Shown here: positions 12,654 through 24,044 of the stretch, one piece after another
Layout of the letters: each line of letters starts with the position of its first letter
How positions within the stretch are numbered: the first letter of the stretch is position 1
Notes under the pieces: generated by a model
Seen by the model: only the letters and a program-made list of their open reading frames with translations
Databases searched by the model: none
Told to the model about the DNA's origin: nothing
Translations under genes and position numbers: made by a program
Source of the DNA: Kudoa neothunni
Taxonomy: Eukaryota > Animalia > Cnidaria
Direction: 5' to 3'
Length of the DNA: 64,000 bases
Assembly: GCA_964304625.1 (NCBI GenBank)
Contig: OZ199838.1
Coordinates: 7,737,466 to 7,801,465 of the forward strand

Positions 12654-14479
12654 AATGTAACTAAAAGAGGACACGAACACGAACGAACGGGCATTGTCTG
12701 AATTCTATGCTCTTTGGCTTGAAAATAATTTTATCGATTTGTTAAAATAATAGTTTTATTAAGTTCTTTGAGCGACAAAGTTTTCAAATCAATAATAAAT
12801 CAAAATTTTATGTGCAATAAATTTAATTCAATTTTTCGGGAGCCCAATAGCGGACGCTCTACTCATTTTCCTCCTCCTTATAATTTTTATTTTGGATACT
12901 TCCTCCATAATAATATTAGATCAGTAAAATGCCAGGCGAGTATAATATTCCTGGAAAGTATACTTGTTACTTATAATATCATATGACTGTAATATTTGGT
13001 AATCATTACATGTTTTCTTTCAATTCTGATGGATTTCAGGTAGCAGAACGACGTGAAGAATTCTTGAAGAGTGGGAAATTTTTTAACGATGCTTTCAATC
13101 TTTCATTTGTCGATTCTAATCTATCGTTTATGCAGTTTCCAAAATAATTTTCAGCATAACTTAGCCAACGACCCATTCACTTACGATTAGTTTCCATGTT
13201 TTATCAAAATAAACATAAAGAGTGTAAAATCCGTGTCCATATAATTCATCACATATGAAAGCAACTTGATCGTTGCTAATACTACAAACTATTTCATCGA
13301 AACTTTTCATAATAGATCTCTACTTCTCTGAATTTATTCCATACTTTCCTATTTTATCTTCGCGTTGGAATATTTGACAGAGATGAAACCTACATATCAA
13401 AAGGGAACAGATTCAAACGTCATCTTAAGACACTTCCTGAGGCATTGGTATTTATCTGTTATTATTGTTGTTCATATTTTTGTCTTCGGCCAAGGGGCAA
13501 CATCAACTAATTATTTTAATAACCGTTTGATCGAATCTTCAGATTCATCACACGATACATGCACTTGTTATGAGTCGAGCTAAACGAATCTTGTATAGTC
13601 GTTACGAAGAAAGATGCCCTAGAAATAAATATAGATACATCTAGCATATTTTAATGTAAGTGAAACGTGAGTTAAGTAACACAGTTCTCAAAAAGGGTAT
13701 TCGCGGAGATTCAAATTTTAAATTCACTGTATAGATTCCATGTAACCAAATGGTTTAGCGTATAAAATTATTTCGCAAAATAATAAAATCTAGTTATTTC
13801 ATGATACAATTTATATCAAACGAGAATTAACGCTCAATGTATAACAATTATTAAGATTGTGAGACCATGCGAGACATGCAACCAATGGTTTGTGTGCGCA
13901 ATGTCTAATATAACAATAATCAATTTTATTGCAGGCAATAGAACTTAATTCACTAACATATTGTTCATAAGCATTTAATAATGCTATTAAATAAAGAAAA
14001 ATACGATTTTGGTACAGAGGATAGTTAAAGTATGATTTTAATAGACAAATTTTTCATTTAAAATTTTATAGGACAAATATAGCCTATTGTAATTGTGAAA
14101 ACAAATTTTTAATATCTCACACATTCTAGGAGATATTCCCACCCATGCAAATGGCCACTGCCGGAAAATATATTTTCATCTGAGTAGAACTGATTGTGTA
14201 TTTACGAAAGTTAATTCGATAATACTTTATTAATCTGGCGGGTTGCGCGCATTCCTAATTTGTATAAATTTTTCATTTGTTTTTAAAATTTTGATTCGCT
14301 ACAGATGAAGAGAGAAAATAAGATTTTTTAAGACTATTACTAACGAAAAAATTGTAAAAAACCCCTAAAATTGGGGAGCCATACGCTCCACAATTGCCCT
14401 TAAGTTCAACCTATTGTTGCTGCTTTCATTATTGTCTGCTTAACCCTCATTAATTTTCAAATATACTGTCTTTGGGCGA

Positions 14480-15430
14480 CTTCGTCCTTTAAAGGCAGTG
14501 TGGGAAATGGTGACGAGCTAACTATTGAAAATTGTTTCGAGAAATATCTGATATATCAAATCGTGTGATTAGTTTAAGAAAACATTTTTAATCTATTGCT
14601 ACATAACAACGCGAATGAGATTGTTGAATTGAAGAAAGTCAAAGTTAAACACGAAGAAATGTACAGTAAACCTTATATAAATTTCCCGGGATCAATAAAA
14701 TGCAAAGTTGATGCTGATTTTCATTAGGAAAATCAAAAAGTTACGATATGTGACCTATAAAATTATACGGCCTGGAACAACAACAAAAATTGACTATCTC
14801 TTTCGTGAAAAAATATGGGAATACGCATGTTCGAACTCTTGATATTGCGTGTGGTTTTGCGATTGTGTGGTAAATTCCTATTCCCAAAAAACCTCCCTAT
14901 ATCGAGACCTTACTGTATATATAAATGTTATACACAAAATTAAGACTCAATCTATTATTAACTAGTGAGATAATTCCTCTGCATGTATAGTTTATCGTAA
15001 GTGAATAGGCGTATTTGGGATCTTTCACTCGTATCAATGTTGATCAATTGAAGGATGAAGAAAATAAATAGCTTCTTTTCAAAGAAAACGGGATTTTTAA
15101 TAAGCATATACCAGATTTTCCTGGCCAATTGGAAGTGTTTTACAACCGTAATAATGGTAAAGTTTCAAATTTGTTGAAAATAAATGAAAAAATGTCAGGA
15201 AAAATACAAGGCAACTGTCTGTTCATTTCTACCCAACAAGGCGACCATGATTATTTCCCCCAAATCATAATTAGTATTTATTAAACTAAATAAGTATTAT
15301 CACTATCTTAAAAGTCTCAATAAATATAAAATACAATATTTTCTGACTGGGATATTTTATTGAATATTACAAAGCAGCGCAATCACCATGCTAGACAAGA
15401 TATGCACTATTATTGCGTTAACGATGCTGG
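14480..15430 (+). pseudogene. degraded coding-like segment of unknown family
   Basis: A long reading frame with isolated stops (AYLGSFTRINVDQLKDEENK*LLFKENGIFNKHIPDFPGQLEVF...) and GT..AG intron-like gaps, interrupted by a MITE. Confidence 0.25.
14664..14915. mobile_element. Tigger-type MITE (252 bp)
   Basis: TA|CAGTAAACCTTATATA ... ATATCGAGACCTTACTG|TA. The right TIR matches the TIR of the 19417-21232 element. Confidence 0.65.
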
Positions 15431-15762
15431 TGTTACAATAATGAAAAGTTTTATTATCTTTAAAGATTTAAACAATTAAAAAATTTATTCATTTTATTTA
15501 TAATAGAATTCAGGAGATTATTATTTTACGAATAAATATAAATGTGAATTATTCGAATTCTAGTGATAAAATGTTTTGTTTTAAAAGTTTTTGATCAATT
15601 AGTGGATATATTTTATTTTTCTAATAAAACCAATCCCAAAAATTTGAATCATTGCCTTTCTGGAAATGATATTTGAAATTACTAAAGTTGCCAGCGCAAA
15701 AATTAAATGAGATTTAAAAAAAGAGCAGGAAATCATAAACAAGAGCAGTTTTCATATGCAAA

Positions 15763-17209
15763 TTATCGATCTATTTTGTTATTTAAGGGAGGCCAAACAA
15801 AATTGTGCCGGCTCGGTCTCTTATTGCCGCTAGCGTTATAAGACCTTATAACATCACTCCCAATAAATAAAGGATCGGACAATATAATTTGCTGACACAA
15901 CGAAAAATTTTCTTCTCGATACTTTTTTGTGGAGTCCGGTATATTAATAATATCGTTTAAAAGATTGACTATTTCTCTCGAAGGCAACGACTTTTTCAAT
16001 ATGAATGTGTCTCTGAATTTTCTGATATTTTTAAACAATATTTGATAGGTTTCTTTAAAGAGCTTGAAAATCTTAGGAGCTTCGTATGCGTTGGCTGCAA
16101 GCTGAGAGACTAAGACAAATCAGTAACATCATATTTGGATATGTCCTCATAGTACATGGTTTCATTGGATCATCCAAATAGAGTGTGCCTGGAGATTCGG
16201 TTATAGGGAGATGAGACTACATCCATAATATTGTAAATATATTCCCACACAAAACGCAAATTATACCTTAGTTTTCTTAATGTGGCTTCCACCATTTCTC
16301 ACTGAAATTCCATATCTTACAAAATTAAACTCAAATCCATAGTAGTATAAAAAATTTAGCAAATGTTGTCCAATAGCGTGTTGTGGGGAGTTTTTTGAAA
16401 TTAACTATTTCACTTCAAATAAAATAGTCCAAAATATCTTTACTTGGAAGTAGCTAACAAACAGAATCAGCAATGGATATGACGAGATACCACCATAAAA
16501 GGGGTTATCCAACATTTTCGAATGTAGCAAATGCTTCACTATGTAAAAAAGTGGAGATATCACAGGGAATTTTTTCAAGTAAAACTTAAGTGGAGATATT
16601 TCACCAAAGCCTCTAATGCAAAGATACCATAGTGATACTGTATGCAGTCAGACAACTGTTAACGTTGCAACAGAGGTCGACATTAATTTGAGTTTCAATA
16701 TCCTGAAATTTCAGCAAAGGAATCTATAACTATTTTAGATCAGTCGTTTTATGCGCACAAACTTTTGCTTTATCCAACAGACATATACTGTCTTCGAAAG
16801 TTATTTTATGTTGGATAAGATAATTTTTAATGGTAACTAGCGGATGCCACGTTCCTTCAGTTTCTCCAATCACAACCAAATCCAGGTCACTATATGGTAA
16901 AAGATTTTTGTTAAATCAGTTCGACACTACCACAAAATGAATGCGTACCTAATGGGGAAACAGAGCCCAGTGATGGAACTACCAAAAGGGAAAACCTACA
17001 TGTTATTTAATTACATGCATTTAAAGAGCCTGAATACTTTGCAGTTTTTCCACAAACTTTGTACAATACTTCTAATTTTATCTAATACTCGCTGACGGAG
17101 AAAATCCTCAAATGGCACCGGAGACATTTCATTAAAAAAATCCATTATATCATAATCCAATCTAAAATAATAATGGTTCGATCATTACAAGACAAACCTA
17201 CTTTTTCAT
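15763..17209 (-). CDS. TENT4: terminal nucleotidyltransferase 4 (PAPD5/PAPD7, Trf4-like non-canonical poly(A) polymerase), 9 exons, 362 aa
   Basis: Exons 17209-17202, 17161-17038, 16995-16949, 16889-16763, 16723-16628, 16584-16444, 16404-16267, 16216-16156 and 16109-15763 join in frame through GT-AG introns of 39-59 bp. Motifs DFFNEMSP, VFPFGSSITGLCFPISDLDLVV, LDKAKIPLLKF..NVDL, GGISSY, FLYYYGFEFNF and LYLDDP match PAPD5. The start exon is uncertain. Confidence 0.9.
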
Positions 17210-17480
17210 TATTATTTCATTTTGGTGAAGAAACAAACTTAAATTTTTCATTTTAAATTGGAATAAACACAAAATTAATTGTTATGTATAGTTCCCTAAG
17301 TATCGGTATGTTTATGGTATCTATGTGGAACAATAATTCAATTTAATATTTGAATACATCTTTCCTTTGTTTAAATTGATAATTTGTAACTATGGTAATA
17401 ACTCTTGGGGATCATTTTATTTAAAATTTCATCTAATTTTTATTTCCTAGGCTTTCTTATCAAACTAGGATGGATTGGTA

Positions 17481-17505
17481 ATATATATATATATATATAT
17501 ATATA
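17481..17505. repeat. (AT)n microsatellite
   Basis: About 12 AT units upstream of TENT4. Confidence 0.9.
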
Positions 17506-17877
17506 GAAAAAATGAAGAATAAATCAAGCATCTAAATATATGACCTAATAAAAAAATAATTTTTTAAACTCTACAGCGAGTAATTAATTTTTTTTAGAGA
17601 TAAATACAACCGTCATGTAGCCAACTGTCTAGATAAATTAAACATAATATAGTGTGCGCACATCTTAAGAAATTCAACGTTTTATTACATTTTATTCATT
17701 CTACGGCTCGAACACATTTTCATTTATATTTTCTAAGAGACATAATAACTTTATAAATTTAATTCTACAAAATAAGCATAGCGTCAAATTCGTTCGGAAT
17801 CTTTGATACGTTCTCAAGATATACATTGATTTATTGAAATAATACGCTAAAGAAAAAATTACATGTTCAATTTTTAA

Positions 17878-19400
17878 CTTTCCGAGTGCTTTTAGGGTCT
17901 ATTAGACCCCAATCCATATTAAAGATTAGTTTTTGCCCCCTTCCTATTATCTGAATTTTCTATAACTCGGTCTATTATTATAAAATTTCTTACACTGTAT
18001 GCCTATCAGATGCGTTTTGAATTACCGTTAATGAATGAAAAATAAGATAAAAATTATACACTTGGCGCTTTTGGGGTCTAATAGAACCCACAATTTTACC
18101 TTATCATTTTTTGTATAAAATTATAATAAAATGGAATTGATAATATGAACAAAATCGATCGACGAAATAAAGAGAAAAATGAGATATACTTCCCGCGAGT
18201 TTATACGACTATGTACGAACCTCGCTTATTACGGAAATTTGTCATAATATAGGCCTTTAACAAAATATATTCCGCCGATTATAATTCCTACTTCAATTAA
18301 ATCATTGATTCCTTTTATTTTATTGATTCTGCCACTAATGTATCTTAATATGGTGACAATAACCTTATCTTGGCTACACAAGCCTTAAAAACCACCAAAA
18401 CACTAAAAGAAAACCTTTTAAGGAAGGTCTCTGGTCTTAAGAATGTTTCAACTCAGAAAACCTTTCATATGACGAATTTTTGGACATATTTTTGGATAGC
18501 AATTTTTACAGAAATGTTGCGTGTAATGCCAATATGTTTGACATTATAATCATTGTTGCAAAGAGCTTTCAGTTATTGAAAATGGTTCTTACCATGGTTA
18601 GAACACTTAGGGCTAATAAGGATTTGTTAATTTTAGCCAATTCAACAGCTTGTGTAAATATATTGAATGATGAAAAAAAGAAGCCGGGTAGCATCAATTA
18701 TTATGACAAAATTAAATGAGCTATTGATACGATTGATCGGGTCTTCATTTCCACAAGCTTAAAAAGATATTCCAGACGCGGGTCATCAGTTATTTTTTAT
18801 AATATTGACATAAATCTCTTTAACGCGTTTTGCTCATAGAAAATCATAATCAATGATGAAAAAATCAAGAGTTTAATTTTTAGAGAATCTCGCTAACACG
18901 TTCCTTTCCTTCAACAATTTCTTGGCTCTAAATTTGTATCGAAACCAAGAGCAGGAAATCTAGATAGCACCAATATTGTTCCAAGGAATCCCGTAAACAA
19001 TGTGCTGTAAACTCAAGAAACAGTGATCGTAAGACAATGCATGTGTGTGTTGTATATAAGAAACACTGCTGCGAAGAACATTCCGAATGTGCCTGTTTTA
19101 ACTCTTCAGTAGACAAAAATAAATGTTTGAATTACATTATACACAGCATATTTTTGCGTAGCGAGATTTCTGTTTTGACGTAGATAATAAATTGTTATTT
19201 AGGGCAGAGCGTCTATTTTATTATAGATCTGATATAAATAATGATACTACGGCTCCCTTAAACTCACAGATGATGATAATAATAGAGAAGTCACGGAAAG
19301 TAAATTTTAACTTTTTCATTGATATATGCGTTTAAGTTGAACGTTGGGGACCTTTTTAGTCCATTTTTTGTTGATAACTATTTTTCTGTGTCGTAAAGTT
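17878..19400 (+). mobile_element. old, internally deleted piggyBac (copy C)
   Basis: TTAA at 17874-17877 and 19401-19404. GGGTC-n5-GACCCC palindromes at ~17895, ~18073 and ~19346 (degenerate). Remnants KKPGSINYYDKIK*AIDTIDR, VIFYNID and a Cys-rich tail DRKTMHVC..KHCCEEH. Confidence 0.75.
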
Positions 19401-19416
19401 TTAATCTAATCCACTA

Positions 19417-21232
19417 CAGTAAGGTCTCAATATTGCGCATTAAATCGGGACCTGAGCTTTTATTGCCCAGTAAGGAATCACTGACAATATCAAAGTTTCG
19501 CGCGAGCGCCGCTAGACCAATTTTTTTATTGTTGAGTGGGAAAATGATCTATCTTGTTTGTATTATTAAATTAAAGATGTGAGAGATATCGATCCAATAA
19601 TATACGAACTTTCCTTTATCTTTCGCAAACTTTTGATCCAGAGTTTTTAAAATATCAAGAAAATAGTTGAAGTCATCCAACCATTTTTCGATCGTTAATA
19701 TTTAACAGAAAATTCATAAATTCCTCTAAAACAGGGTTCCTCTTTAAATTTACCAATGATAATATATGGAAAATTTATCCCTTTAAATCAGGGGTCGGCA
19801 ACGACCGGCCCGCGGACCAAATTTGGCCCGGGAGCTTTCCTCATCCAGCCCGCAAGGGATGTCATTGATAAAGTTAGTTTTTTTGAAGGTGCTTATATAA
19901 TTTCCCCAACTTTTAATGTCGATCTCTTCAGCATATAAATAAGCTTAATAGCAATGTAAACTATGTTACTTGAATATTATTCCCTTTTTTAACATAAAAG
20001 AGCTTAAAAAAATAAAGATTAAAATTTTTCCCCGACCAAATTCCCTACTTATTTTTACTGATTGTACGATATTAGTTTTATTGTAGCTAATAGAAACGTT
20101 TAATTATTGCTCTTTACGATTTAGAACCATAATTTGAATATATAAACGTTTAAATTCAGCACCAAAAATATCAGGTAAATTATGAAATAAAAATATATTC
20201 TTTTAAATTTCAAAATATAAATTTACTAATCCAATTTTCAATTGTATTGTGAAAAATTTATTACATCTACTGGATTTAAATATATTCTGGCCGGCCTCCT
20301 AGTTTGAAATGGTTATCCGGCCCGGCAACCCTATTAGGTTGTCGGCCCCTGCTTTAAATTGAGCACTCTATAATTCGATTACAGGTTTTTTGATTATTTC
20401 AAGATTCTTTAATTCAACTCCTTTATACCATATGTTCGTTTAGTGTATTTTTGTTTGTTTACAAGGTAAAATGTTTTCTTTTTCATATCTACTATTTATT
20501 TAATAAAATTGGATTACCTAATCATTAACAATATTATCATCAACTTTTCTGCCTTCTCCGCGAAGAGTGAATTTTTAAACAACAGAGAATCTTGAAATTG
20601 TTAAGGAAGCCTTTTGTTCCATTTAAACCAGTGATTCAAGATCATCAACAAAAATTCTTTCTATCTCAATGATAAAAACTCTGGAATATTCGTCTTTTTT
20701 TGGTGTTCTGACCCAATCCGGCCATAAACGCAAATTGAAGTTCGATGTATTTTTTATTTATAATTCCTTTACTGAGAGTTACAACATTGGAGTTCATTAT
20801 ATCAGATTAATTAGACAAAAATTATATTCAGAGAAGAATAACTAAATTTAATTCGAATAAAACTTACAATAACATAATTCATGATATTCTATGGCATTAT
20901 AGAGTAATTTTTGGCATCTCAGATTGAGGTAATTAAATTATAATATTGGATAATTCAAATTTCGTACGAAAGTTTCTTTCTTCTTTCACTATACCGAACG
21001 TTCGAATGTGTAATTTAATGGATTAATCGGATTAAAATTTGAAAGTAACCATCGTCCAATAGCAAGACCCTGAATTTAACAAAATACATTTTTTAAATAT
21101 TATTTCGTATTTTCGAGTATAAAGCTATAGTAGAAGGCCATGTACATCGAAAGGGTAACAATGCTGGTTATATAAATTTGAAAAAAATAACGACTACCCT
21201 ATATCGAACCTCGCAATATCGAGACCTTACCG
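19417..21232 (-). mobile_element. degenerate Tigger/pogo element
   Basis: TIRs CAGTAAGGTCTCAATATTGCG / CGCAATATCGAGACCTTACCG with a TA TSD. CENPB-like remnant (GTKGFLNNFK..FTLRGEG) at ~20540-20640 (-). Confidence 0.8.
19789..20351. mobile_element. hAT (Charlie/Buster-type) MITE, 563 bp
   Basis: TIRs CAGGGGTCGGCAAC / GTTGTCGGCCCCTG; perfect TSD CTTTAAAT (nnnTAnnn); repeated CGGCCC subterminal motifs. Confidence 0.92.
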
Positions 21233-21234
21233 TA

Positions 21235-21470
21235 TCTATCGATCAATATTGTCGTCATAACATTGTCGTCAAAAGAACGATAAAATAATTACAATTGACT
21301 TAGAACCTAAAATGACCTTGACCTACTCAAGGTTTTAATCTGCGTGGTCGGGCAAGGAAGCCCACGCGAAGCGCGGCTTTTGCGCTAGTCTATATATATC
21401 CTAATATATAAAGTAGTAATGTCCGTGTGTGTGTACGCAAAAATCTTCTCCTTATACAGGGACTTTCTTT
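21235..21470 (+). mobile_element. Helitron-like 3' end joined directly to a Helitron-like 5' end
   Basis: GC hairpin GCCCACGC-GAA-GCGCGGC, then 7 nt and CTAG (ends 21388), immediately followed by TCTATATATATCCTAATATATAAAG...TGTCCGTGTGTGTGT. Confidence 0.5.
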
Positions 21471-21599
21471 AATATTTGAGACTATTTTGGTTAAAGTCCA
21501 GTTCCACCCCACCCCCCCCCCCCCTCCTTCGACGTCCGCCGGTTACCCACCATCGGTAATAATCGGGGTTCCGGCTGTTTAGTTTGCATTTTACGGTGT

Positions 21600-22528
21600 A
21601 TGCTTCCTGTAATCTTCAATTACGAAAATTTAGATAACCTAAATTTTGAAGACTTATGTCACTTCAAGAATAATCCTGAAGATCTAATTATTTTTTCCCC
21701 ACAACTTGACTTGCTACCAACATCAATGGTTTGTTCCTGTGGAGGTCAAATGAAACTTTCTCCAAGGAATAATGCTTCTGATGGCTATAGTTTCCGCTGC
21801 TGTTTCAAGTCATACAGGAAGGAATGCTCGTTACGAAAGAACATGTTGTTCTACTAAACCCAACTTTCTCTGTATCAAATTTTAAAGATTTTATATTTTT
21901 GGAGCGTGGGAGCGACGGAACAATCTTTCTTAATGAAAGAATGCCGTTTTAATTCTTCCGCCACTATTGTGGATTGGAAAAATTTTACATGTGACATTTG
22001 TTTGGGTCACTTCATTCATAACCCAAACAAAGTTGGTGCCCCCGGCGTAAACGTCCAAATAGACGAAAGTCAAATCTGTAAGAGTAAGTTTGGGGTTGGT
22101 AGAATCCTACAAAATCAAAGTTTATGGATAGTTGGTGGTGTGGATGAGGATGAGGATGAAAGAGTCTTTATGGTGGAAACCGAAAAGAGAGACACTCCAC
22201 TCTTGAAAATATTACTACCACTCATGTTGAGAGGGGATCTGTTATACATACAGATGGATGGCCTTCCTATAGTTCACTCACTGAGCTAGGTTATGAATAA
22301 CGTCATGAGACAGTAATTCATGATAGGGAGTTTGTCTCGCCTACAGGAGTCCACACCAATCGAATTGAGGGACTGTAGAGCGCTTTTAAGCGGAAATATC
22401 GCTCGGTGACGAATAAAAAAAAGGAAATGATCGCTTCCTATATTGTCGAATGGATATTTAAAAGATTACACAGGAAGCATGTTCTTTTTAAACTTTTAGA
22501 AGCAATTAAACATATTTATATTTTGTAG
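21600..22528 (+). pseudogene. Merlin (ISXO2/IS1595-like DDE) transposase, disrupted
   Basis: Zn-ribbon CSCG..DGYSFRC, TIVDWKNF, VQIDES, WIVGGVD, YTDGW and FVSPTGVHTNRIEGL*SAFKRK. No TIR pair found. Confidence 0.88.
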
Positions 22529-22558
22529 ATTTTATTTTACTGTAACAATTTATATATA

Positions 22559-23843
22559 GGGGTTTTAGTGCTATTTCGTTACTTTGTCAAGCAATTTCGA
22601 CAATTTGGGTTTTTATTAAATTATATAACGTTATGAGTATAAAAAACTAAATAATTAAAACTGATATCATATTTTTTTATTCTATTCTAATATCGTGTCT
22701 ATTTAAACAACGTACGATGTATCGGAGCATTTTTTTGTAATATCCGCCACAATCGACTGAAGAAATAGTTTGGAATCCTTCATCAATATAATTTAATAGG
22801 TCCGTTTCGTTTCTCGATTGACTTCTTACGACATAGTTCTGCCACTTACTAAAACAATTCTCAATAGGGTTAAGAAATGGAGGGTAAGGGGGCAAGTATA
22901 ATAGATTCAATTCTAATTGCTGAATTAACTCTTTCAATCCTTTATAGTGATGTATCCTCGCATTACCAAGAATAAAGCAAGGAGTTTCAATGCCGATTTC
23001 ACCACAGACATTTACAAGTTCCACGAGGTACGCCTTGAAATCTTCACCATTGACCGGCCGATGATTTATTTTATGGAATATCATGCCATATTTATTCATG
23101 GCAGCAATTACGGAAATGTTCTTGCTTCTTACCGCACCGACAAGGACGTATGCAGATGTTCCTGTTAGAGAGCGACCAGATTTAGTACGGCACGAAACGC
23201 TGAAACTAACTTTACCCATAAAAATGAAGTTTTTGTCTTTGCTCTCCCACATTTTGGTGTTAAATTTCTGAGCATATAAAAACCGCTCTTCTAGAGTAGA
23301 CTCGCGGTTTCTTCTTTGAGGGACGATGGTTAAAGTTTTTAGTGAGTAATGAAACTCTTTTAAGCATCTATTTATGGTGATAAGACTCACCTTAATTCCG
23401 CATTCATCTAAAACTTTAACAGAGAGCGCCTTCAATATGATAGTCGCGTCCTCGTCTACCCAATTTCTAAGATGGGATTTTTGTTCCATTGAGAGTTTTG
23501 AACAATGATCACCTCCTATCTTTGATGCTTTGGTTTTCCCAGTTTTTGCATTTGATGTCACAATAGACGCAACGGTGGTACGCGGAAGTCCAAAATCTTT
23601 TGCAATATGCGAATTGCTTGTATTTTTTTCGCTTGATTGATGATCATCATCCTTATGTCATCGTTAACTTGTTTTTTCTTCTTACCAGTGGAAGATTGCT
23701 GCTCGTTATTGATGTCTAATAAAAGTTTATAATTAGCAGATGCTTATGAGTATAATTACTCATGATATTAATTTGTAAATATGGTTGAATCTATACTAAT
23801 AACGATGAGTGCAAGCACACGTGACGAAATAGCTTGAAAAACC
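22559..23843 (-). mobile_element. IS630/Tc1-superfamily transposon
   Basis: Imperfect TIRs GGGTTTT.(.)GCTATTTCGT.AC at both ends; TA flanks. Confidence 0.85.
22677..23700 (-). pseudogene. IS630/Tc1 DDE_3 transposase; N-terminal frameshift and two catalytic Asp replaced by Gly
   Basis: HTH IAKDFGLPRTTVASIV, FIFMGKVSF (family pattern DE.GF), FILGNARIH (DNA.IH) and YLPPYPPFLNPIE. Frameshift in the A-run at ~23625. Confidence 0.88.
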
Positions 23844-24044
23844 CTATAATTATGTCTTTTTTCAATCGTCAATGAATATATGTCTATAGTAAATTACGGC
23901 ATTGTTAAGTTTATTTTAATTAGTGTTATGTGTCAACCTATAATTTTTAGAATGATTATATACATATATATCAAATAATTGAAATTTTTGTATAAAATAA
24001 CAAAATCTTCCGAAAATTAAGTTAACCCTCTAAGTTATGTAAAA

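Larger units (their letters stand above)
8784..12700 (-). mobile_element. hAT transposon, Hermes/hobo-like
   Basis: TIR (T/C)AGACAATGCCCGTTCG with GTTCGT subterminal repeats; perfect 8-bp TSD AATTCTAT (8776-8783, 12701-12708). Confidence 0.92.
8380..14162 (-). mobile_element. MULE with ~150-bp TIRs, interrupted by a hAT
   Basis: 8380-8527 is an imperfect inverted repeat of 14014-14162 (core GAATATCTCCTAGAAT..GTGAGATATTAAAAATTTG.TTTCACAAT). 9-bp TSD GGAAAAAAC/GGAAAATAT (7/9). Transposase remnant YFDKTWK..SEWV, NDRLESTNERLK at ~13030-13360 (-). Confidence 0.75.

Noticed and set aside
21504-21545. C-rich tract as a G-quadruplex regulatory element
   Set aside because: It is essentially one interrupted poly-C run inside a TE context, prone to sequencing error, with no evidence of function.
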